From: an uncultured virus (IMG/VR IMGVR_UViG_3300006358_000001)
Lineage: Duplodnaviria > Heunggongvirae > Uroviricota > Caudoviricetes
Reading direction: 5' to 3' (one strand)
Virus record (IMG/VR): IMGVR_UViG_3300006358_000001
Length of the DNA: 20,720 bases
In this document: piece after piece, positions 15,334 through 20,720 of the stretch
How positions within the stretch are numbered: position 1 is the stretch's first letter
Layout of the letters: the number at the start of each line of letters is the position of its first letter
The notes under the pieces: generated by a model
Seen by the model: only the letters and a program-made list of their open reading frames with translations
What the model was told of the DNA's origin: nothing
The model's database searches: none
Made by a program: the position numbers and the translations under genes

Positions 15334-16197
15334 ATGTCACGGATACCAACTGAGTCCCGCATCTTCGCGGACCAATACATGCGCGAGCTTCGCAAACGCG
15401 AGGCTCAGAATTCCAACCACCTCTCACCCGGCACGAAGAACTGGACCGACGCGATGCTCAACGTGTTCGATCAGGTCGGCAACATGGGCAACCCGATCAA
15501 GCGAGCGAAGCGCATCCGCGAGATCGGCAGCTATCTCAACAGCGCCATCGACACCGCCGACGGCTTCGCTCACTTCGTTCTCGACTACGGCGGCTCGAAC
15601 CGCGCCGCCGGTTTACTTCTCGCGACGCTTGGCGTGGGCGAGCATCCGATCCAAGGCGTGCACGAAGACGGCGTCAACATCCTGCATCACTTCATCACGT
15701 CACGACGTGGCGGCACGGTGCGTGCGTGCGCTGATCTGAACCTCGCATACATCTCGAAGCACGCTCTGGCGCGAATGCACGAGCGTGGCCTCAACATGAG
15801 TGCCGATGCCATCACTGGCGTGCTCTCCTGCATCGGCGTGATGGGGATCATCCTCCGCAACGCCAAGCAACATGCCGACGGTGGCATGTGCCTGCGCTTC
15901 GACGACACCTTGATCGTCGGCTCGCTGAAGAACGCGGTCAAGGATGTCGGCGGCGGCAAGGGAGTCGAGTGCGCACTGTTCGACGTTCGCACCGCGCTGC
16001 CTGCCGACGAGGTGAAGGACTATCGGCAGGTGCATCAAGGCCAACAGGCCACGCTCGCCGTCAATCAATGGCTGCAGCATCGCTCGATGGCGACGCCGTG
16101 GCTCGACAAGCTGGCCGCGTCGATCCCGGCGCTGCCACGACGCGAAGACGACTACACCCTACAGGCCGCACGCGCGGCAATGGAGCAACCCACATGA
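15334..16197 (+). CDS. Hypothetical protein (287 aa)
   Basis: GGAGCAACA before ATG 15334, in frame with ORF 15184..16197; contains ISKHALARMHERG. Confidence 0.8.
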   Translation: MSRIPTESRIFADQYMRELRKREAQNSNHLSPGTKNWTDAMLNVFDQVGNMGNPIKRAKRIREIGSYLNSAIDTADGFAHFVLDYGGSNRAAGLLLATLGVGEHPIQGVHEDGVNILHHFITSRRGGTVRACADLNLAYISKHALARMHERGLNMSADAITGVLSCIGVMGIILRNAKQHADGGMCLRFDDTLIVGSLKNAVKDVGGGKGVECALFDVRTALPADEVKDYRQVHQGQQATLAVNQWLQHRSMATPWLDKLAASIPALPRREDDYTLQAARAAMEQPT

Positions 16198-16688
16198 CTG
16201 AGAACCACTGCGGCACGTGCACTGCGTGCTGCCGGGTCTTCGCTATCGCGGAGATGCCGGAGAAGAAGGCTGGCCAATGGTGCCAGCACTGCGCTGTCGG
16301 CGAGGGCTGCAAGGTCTACGCTGAACGGCCACGGACCTGCGTCGAGTTCGAGTGCCTCTGGCTGCTGAGCCAGAAGCGCAGCGATCCACGCGAGCAACTC
16401 GCACCGGAGCTTCGGCCTGACCGATGCAAGGTGGTGTTCTCGCCATCGACCGACGACACCATCATGGCGGCAACGCTGATGCCGAACGCGCCAGCGGCGC
16501 ACCATCGCCGCGACGTGCAGGCATTGATCGGCACGATGGTGCGCGGCGGCATGCGCGTGGTGGTCGGCACACCAGCCGCGACGACGCGGATGATGTTCGA
16601 CCGCGACGGCAATCACGAAGTCTACATGACCGAACCTGATGAGGACGGCATGCAATGGTCAATTCCAACCGAAGGAGCAACCCAATGA
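16194..16688 (+). CDS. CxxCxxCC (YkgJ-like zinc/iron-chelating) family protein
   Basis: CGTCTACC...WCQHC...GCKVYAERPRTCVEFECLWL; GGAGCAACC RBS. Confidence 0.82.
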   Translation: MTENHCGTCTACCRVFAIAEMPEKKAGQWCQHCAVGEGCKVYAERPRTCVEFECLWLLSQKRSDPREQLAPELRPDRCKVVFSPSTDDTIMAATLMPNAPAAHHRRDVQALIGTMVRGGMRVVVGTPAATTRMMFDRDGNHEVYMTEPDEDGMQWSIPTEGATQ

Positions 16689-17035
16689 CGACCCTACTGA
16701 AGCGACCTGATTTGATTCTCTGGCTGAGCGATGCGCGAGGGCAATACATTCCTCGCGACTTCGCGAAGAGCTTCGCTGATCGAGCGAAGAGCGTGGCCAA
16801 CGTGAGCGATGAAGACTGGGCGATCCTCGATGCCGGTCCCGATCATCACGAATACTGGGACGCGTGGCTCGACGTCTGCGACGCGGCGAGGGTCACCGAC
16901 AATGATGGCGTGGTCTATCACGTCTATCAGGACGGTGATTGCTGGCTCGTGCCTATGGGGATGGAGTGGGACGAAGAGGCTGACGCGTGGCGCTGGCCTC
17001 ACCCGTTCACAACGGGAGCGAACGACAATGGCTGA
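16685..17035 (+). CDS. Hypothetical acidic, Trp-rich protein (116 aa)
   Basis: GGAGCAACC before ATG 16685. Confidence 0.8.
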   Translation: MTTLLKRPDLILWLSDARGQYIPRDFAKSFADRAKSVANVSDEDWAILDAGPDHHEYWDAWLDVCDAARVTDNDGVVYHVYQDGDCWLVPMGMEWDEEADAWRWPHPFTTGANDNG

Positions 17036-17222
17036 GCATATCGGCGAGTTGCGGGAATATCTCGGCGACGGACTCTACGCCGAGTTCGATGGCTTTCAAT
17101 TCCGTCTCTACGCCAGCGACGGCATCCGCGTCACCAACGAAGTCTTCCTCGATGAACTGGTCGTGCGTTCGTTCTTCCAGTTCGTCAAATCATCTCTAGA
17201 GAAATTGGAGCGACCACAATGA
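17028..17222 (+). CDS. Hypothetical protein (64 aa, ...EYLGDGLYAEFDG...)
   Basis: 3' part of ORF 16809..17222; GGAGCGAAC RBS. Confidence 0.75.
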   Translation: MAEHIGELREYLGDGLYAEFDGFQFRLYASDGIRVTNEVFLDELVVRSFFQFVKSSLEKLERPQ

Positions 17223-17452
17223 CTGACCACACCGAAGGACTACGGCGAGCGATGCTCGCTGACAATCAGCCGCTGCACGATCTCGCGGTGGCCGACCAGC
17301 GCTGGACGACGGAAGAACTCCAGCGTGACTTCACCGTGCACAGCTTCGCTGCGCCGTTCGTCGTCGTCACCCGCAAGGCTGACGGCGTGCGCGGCTCGAT
17401 GGAGTTTCTGCACTCCCCTCGTTTCTACTTCAACTTCGTAGCAGACAGATAG
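17219..17452 (+). CDS. Hypothetical protein (77 aa)
   Basis: ORF track; GGAGCGACC RBS; ATGA overlap. Confidence 0.8.
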   Translation: MTDHTEGLRRAMLADNQPLHDLAVADQRWTTEELQRDFTVHSFAAPFVVVTRKADGVRGSMEFLHSPRFYFNFVADR

Positions 17453-17460
17453 GAGCAACC

Positions 17461-17739
17461 ATGAAACCGAACTTCCCTCGCCTCATCGACAACGATGAAG
17501 GTGAGATCACCGTAACCGTCAACGGCGTTGAGATACGCGGTTGGTCCTACGCAACGCGCGACGAGCAATGCCTGAAGATCAGGATGGCTCGCGAGTTCTG
17601 CGAGGGATGGCACACCGGCTTCGACGCCGGACTCGTGCGAGCGAAGGAGGTGTTCACCACGACGATGGACATGAACGAGAAATTTATTTCCGTCGTCGCC
17701 ACCCCTTCTATTGCAGGCACAAATCTCAACGACGTGTGA
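17461..17739 (+). CDS. Hypothetical protein (92 aa)
   Basis: ORF track; GGAGCAACC directly before the ATG. Confidence 0.75.
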   Translation: MKPNFPRLIDNDEGEITVTVNGVEIRGWSYATRDEQCLKIRMAREFCEGWHTGFDAGLVRAKEVFTTTMDMNEKFISVVATPSIAGTNLNDV

Positions 17740-17923
17740 TCCTCACACGCGTTTGCCCCTGCAATTCTCGGAGTCAAGTTTCCCAAATCCGCGGGTTCGA
17801 GCCTTGTGCTGCAGCGTTTGCTGCACGCGCATCGCTCGACTCTGCGATTTGGCGGAAGGTCGTTTGCTACACTTCACTCGCTCGCTCATGAGGCGAGCTT
17901 CACACGCTCAAAGGAGCAACCCG

Positions 17924-18421
17924 ATGGCGAGAGCCAAGAAGATCACCAGCATCGAGCACCTCGATACGCTGGCGAAGAGACTGCGAGCCAGACTGAAGCG
18001 CACGATGAACGCGCTCGACAAGCTGGAGAAGCAGAAGGCCCGGCTGCTGAAAGCAGCGAAGGCACCGACGGTGAAGACGGTCACGTTCGAGCCGATGTTC
18101 GAGGATGCGGTGCCGGTCTCCCCTCCGGCATACCCAACTGTTGACAGCGAGACCACGCTTGGGGCTTTGCCGCCGGTCAACATAGCACGCGCCGGTCTCG
18201 CTGGCAGTCACGACGATCTCGGCATCCCTGACTTCCTGCGCAGGCAGGGCAGGACCGATGCCGACGTCGCTGCAGCCGAAGCGATCAAGGTCGAACAGGC
18301 TGCGGTCGCCAAGGCGAAGGCGTCTGGCCGCATCGCGAAGATGAAGGCGAAGAAGTCTGGTGAGACTCGCAAGATGCCGTTGACAGGCAAGGCGGCTCTG
18401 GCACTGATCAACGAAGGCTGA
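17924..18421 (+). CDS. Basic coiled-coil protein with an internal FtsZ C-terminal-peptide-like motif (165 aa)
   Basis: GGAGCAACC before ATG 17924; DDLGIPDFLRRQ at aa 97-108 after a Pro-rich linker. Confidence 0.8.
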   Translation: MARAKKITSIEHLDTLAKRLRARLKRTMNALDKLEKQKARLLKAAKAPTVKTVTFEPMFEDAVPVSPPAYPTVDSETTLGALPPVNIARAGLAGSHDDLGIPDFLRRQGRTDADVAAAEAIKVEQAAVAKAKASGRIAKMKAKKSGETRKMPLTGKAALALINEG

Positions 18422-18442
18422 TCCCGTCATCGCATCAACCAA

Positions 18443-18472
18443 CCCGGCAGCATCCCGCTGCCGGGCTTTCTT
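18443..18472 (+). terminator. Probable intrinsic terminator
   Basis: CCCGGCAGC-ATCCC-GCTGCCGGG followed by CTTTCTT. Confidence 0.6.
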
Positions 18473-18487
18473 ACGTGGAGCAACCAA

Positions 18488-18853
18488 ATGACACCGACTG
18501 AAATGGTCCGCACGCTGCAAAGCAACATTGAGCGGGCACGTGCGGCGATGGAGGATGGCGCTGTCGGCTACATCCTGCACACCCGCGACCACGTTCACTT
18601 CCTTTGCCAACGCCGCGACGGCAACGGCGTCACCGGCTCGCCAAGCCTTGGCAGTCCGCTGGATGACTGCGTCGCTGTGATGACCACGCACGCCACCGCA
18701 GTGTCGCTCCAGCGATACTGGAATTCGTTTCACCCTGACCGCTTCAACTCCGTGGTGATCTCACTGCGGCGCGAGGCGCTGGTTGGTTACGTCGATGTTC
18801 AGCAACGATCCATCGATGCCCTCACTCAAATGCAAGAAGGAGCAAGCCTATGA
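18488..18853 (+). CDS. Hypothetical protein (121 aa)
   Basis: ORF track; GGAGCAACC RBS. Confidence 0.8.
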   Translation: MTPTEMVRTLQSNIERARAAMEDGAVGYILHTRDHVHFLCQRRDGNGVTGSPSLGSPLDDCVAVMTTHATAVSLQRYWNSFHPDRFNSVVISLRREALVGYVDVQQRSIDALTQMQEGASL

Positions 18854-19266
18854 GGTTCGTCATCATCGACCCGAAGACGCGCACCATCACTTCGGAGGAC
18901 TGCGAGACCATCATCGAAGCGCAGGCCATCGCCGGTCTCGGCAACGTCGATCACGGTGTGCTTGGCGTTGGCCCGCGCAGCGGCATCGGCTACTGCGTCG
19001 ATGAGTATGGAATGTTCGAGCCGCCTGCGGCTCAGCAATCCTTCTGCGGTTGCGCCGGTCACCTGATCGCTGGCGCTGCCGTGCTCTACGGCTTCGACGA
19101 AGCCGGTGAGACCATCGACCTGATGCGGTCGGCGGTGCCTGACGTCCACTTCTATCTGGGCGTCAACGATGTCGAAGCCGCGATTGATCGCGGTGAGATC
19201 AAGCGCCCGGTCATTGCCGTCGGTGACGCGGTGATCTGGAAATGGCCGCAGCCTCAGATGGGGTGA
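18850..19266 (+). CDS. Hypothetical protein, possibly DUF3846-like (138 aa)
   Basis: VIIDP...YCVDEYGM...IAGAAVLYGFDEAGETIDL pattern; GGAGCAAGC RBS. Family call tentative. Confidence 0.7.
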   Translation: MRFVIIDPKTRTITSEDCETIIEAQAIAGLGNVDHGVLGVGPRSGIGYCVDEYGMFEPPAAQQSFCGCAGHLIAGAAVLYGFDEAGETIDLMRSAVPDVHFYLGVNDVEAAIDRGEIKRPVIAVGDAVIWKWPQPQMG

Positions 19267-19367
19267 TGACCATGTGGAGCGAAGACCTTGCGGCAGCGGT
19301 CGCCGTGACTTTGTTCTCCGCAATCATTCTAGCAACCGCCGTGATCCTGATGGGTCACGGCTACTGA
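19266..19367 (+). CDS. Single-TM micropeptide (33 aa)
   Basis: Translated by hand: MTMWSEDLAAAVAVTLFSAIILATAVILMGHGY; TGATG coupling; fills the gap. Confidence 0.55.
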   Translation: MTMWSEDLAAAVAVTLFSAIILATAVILMGHGY

Positions 19368-19389
19368 TCAACCAACAGGAGCAACCACA

Positions 19390-19890
19390 ATGAGTGACTT
19401 CAAACTAACTGAGGCGCAGATGCGCTCTCACTTCGAGATGCAGGAGAAGGCCTTCGGCGCGAACGTCTACACGAAGTTCATGCTGAAGTATGGCCGGGCC
19501 TACGTGCCGGGACCAGCGACGTTCACTGGCGAGGGCGAGCCGAAGCAGTGCTTCGCGAACGCGATCCACCTCGCTCTTCGCAACGAGAACCTGACCTACT
19601 GCGAAGGCAAGGTGTTCGTCTATGGCGTCGCCATCGATCACGCGTGGTGCATCGACGACGACCGCAACGTCTACGATCCGACGCTCATCGACAACGATGA
19701 CGGCAGGATCGGCGGCTACTACGGCATGCCCTTCATCACTGAGTACGTGAAGAAGGCGAACAAGAAGAACGGCACCTACGGCGTGCTCGACTACTTCTAC
19801 GCGGGCAAGACCGCGCCTGATCTGTACAGGCTTGGCCTCACGGTCGGGCAACAGGCGTTCCTGTTTCCGAAGAAGAAGAGGGCAGCATGA
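19390..19890 (+). CDS. Transglutaminase/papain-like Cys-His-Asp protein (166 aa)
   Basis: KQCFANA ... YCEG ... DHAWCID ... VYDPT; GGAGCAACC RBS. Confidence 0.7.
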   Translation: MSDFKLTEAQMRSHFEMQEKAFGANVYTKFMLKYGRAYVPGPATFTGEGEPKQCFANAIHLALRNENLTYCEGKVFVYGVAIDHAWCIDDDRNVYDPTLIDNDDGRIGGYYGMPFITEYVKKANKKNGTYGVLDYFYAGKTAPDLYRLGLTVGQQAFLFPKKKRAA

Positions 19891-20051
19891 CCAGAGAGGA
19901 AGCCGACAAGATCGCTGACTTGATAACAGAGCTTGTCGAGGCAGCGACGCAAGCGGTGCGAGACGGAGACATCACCTTGGCTGAAGCGAAGCTGCAGCAG
20001 GCCCACGATATCGCACTGACACTCCCACAGAAGAAAGAGCCACTACAATGA
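19887..20051 (+). CDS. Small helical hypothetical protein (54 aa)
   Basis: Translated by hand: MTREEADKIADLITELVEAATQAVRDGDITLAEAKLQQAHDIALTLPQKKEPLQ; ATGA overlaps at both ends. Confidence 0.65.
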   Translation: MTREEADKIADLITELVEAATQAVRDGDITLAEAKLQQAHDIALTLPQKKEPLQ

Positions 20052-20293
20052 AGACCATCATCATCGCCATCATCTTCGCCTGCATCAGCAACGTCGTGCT
20101 GGCGCAGGTGATCAACCGCACCTATCAGGACTCGATGGGTCGAGAAGTTGGCCGATCATCGACCGACGCTCGCGGTGCGACGACCTACTCCGACAACATG
20201 GGTCGTAACACCGGGCGCTCCAGCGAGAGCAACGGCGTCACCACGTTCTACAACAGCAAGGGGCAACAGACCGGAAGGAGCACCCGCAAGTGA
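20048..20293 (+). CDS. Secreted small protein with three internal repeats (81 aa)
   Basis: Signal peptide MKTIIIAIIFACISNVVLA; repeats TYQDSMGREVGRS, TYSDNMGRNTGRS, TFYNSKGQQTGRS. Confidence 0.75.
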   Translation: MKTIIIAIIFACISNVVLAQVINRTYQDSMGREVGRSSTDARGATTYSDNMGRNTGRSSESNGVTTFYNSKGQQTGRSTRK

Positions 20294-20583
20294 CTCAGGA
20301 TGAGTTCAACGATCTCGCCATCGTGGCGAGAGACCGCGTGCGCAAAGCCGTCACGCTGACCACGCAACTGTTCGAGGACGACAGAGAAGCCGCAGCGCTG
20401 CTGATGGCTGTCTCTACCGATCTCTTCCACGGTGCAGTGACCTATCTCTCCGACGGCGAAGACGGCATGTCGGAGAAGGATGCCTTCGCTACGGTGTTCG
20501 GCCTGATGCTGTCGGCATTGGGCAAGCAACGCGTCGTCGATGCGCTTCGTCACGGCAAGGCGAAGTGGTCGGAGGGCTCGTGA
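20290..20583 (+). CDS. Hypothetical protein (97 aa)
   Basis: ORF track; GGAGCACCC RBS; GTGA overlap. Confidence 0.75.
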   Translation: MTQDEFNDLAIVARDRVRKAVTLTTQLFEDDREAAALLMAVSTDLFHGAVTYLSDGEDGMSEKDAFATVFGLMLSALGKQRVVDALRHGKAKWSEGS

Positions 20584-20720
20584 TGTGGCGTCTCATGGCG
20601 TCGGTGCTGGTGATGTCCGACACGGGTAGCGTGTCGGTCACGTCGGAGCACACCGATTGGAATAGCCAGTATGCCTGCGAGCAAACGCTGCAGACAATCT
20701 ACGTGGCTCCTCCACCGCAG
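20583..20720 (+). CDS. Hypothetical protein, truncated by the window end (MWRLMASVLVMSDTGSVSVTSE...)
   Basis: TGATG coupling, GGAGG upstream, frame open to the window end. Confidence 0.55.
   Translation, partial: MWRLMASVLVMSDTGSVSVTSEHTDWNSQYACEQTLQTIYVAPPPQ

Larger units (their letters stand above)
8922..19386 (+). repeat. Dispersed start-associated motif GGAGCAACC (extended RBS), 11 exact copies plus variants
   Basis: Exact copies at 8922, 9952, 10554, 12222, 14282, 16182, 16674, 17452, 17913, 18477 and 19378, each 0-3 nt before an ATG. Confidence 0.9.
1..20720. mobile_element. Tailed phage/prophage genome segment: packaging/head arm (minus) and early accessory arm (plus)
   Basis: TerL, portal and TerS-like genes; dense, translationally coupled small ORFs; divergent organisation; no host housekeeping genes. 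Confidence 0.95.

Noticed and set aside
17853..17868. Possible sigma54 promoter (GG-N10-GC in CGGAAGGTCGTTTGCT)
   Set aside because: The -24 element is far from TGGCAC; likely chance
9305..18733. Long minus-strand ORFs (e.g. 9305..9997, 11381..12142, 12203..13066, 13913..14914, 17900..18733)
   Set aside because: Antisense to well-supported plus-strand genes that have consistent RBS motifs
8922..19386. GGAGCAACC repeats as a CRISPR array or integron attC sites
   Set aside because: Repeats are 9-19 nt, irregularly spaced and separated by whole genes; no cas or integrase gene and no attC core-site structure

Overview
The whole window looks like part of a GC-rich tailed dsDNA phage or prophage, probably of an alphaproteobacterial host (inferred from the promoter consensus and an FtsZ-tail-like motif). 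Two divergent arms meet at a control region (~8290-8930). The minus-strand arm (8274 to <1) encodes a NusG/RfaH-family factor, TerS, TerL, six small inserted ORFs, a 1214-aa DUF1073-type portal with a ~750-aa C-terminal extension, a small acidic ORF and a probable virion protein. The plus-strand arm (8934 to >20720) is an early/accessory array of about 22 mostly small genes. It includes a PAPS-reductase-family enzyme, a Ycf46-like AAA+ ATPase module, a Zn/HTH/RHH regulator, a CxxCxxCC protein, a Cys-His-Asp (transglutaminase-like) protein and a protein with an FtsZ C-terminal-peptide-like motif. Most early genes start behind the same extended RBS (GGAGCAACC), and the intergenic gaps are filled with hairpins, including a recurring covarying switch-like element. 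No integrase, tRNA, rRNA or CRISPR array was seen. All family calls come from motif recognition by eye, not from database searches.
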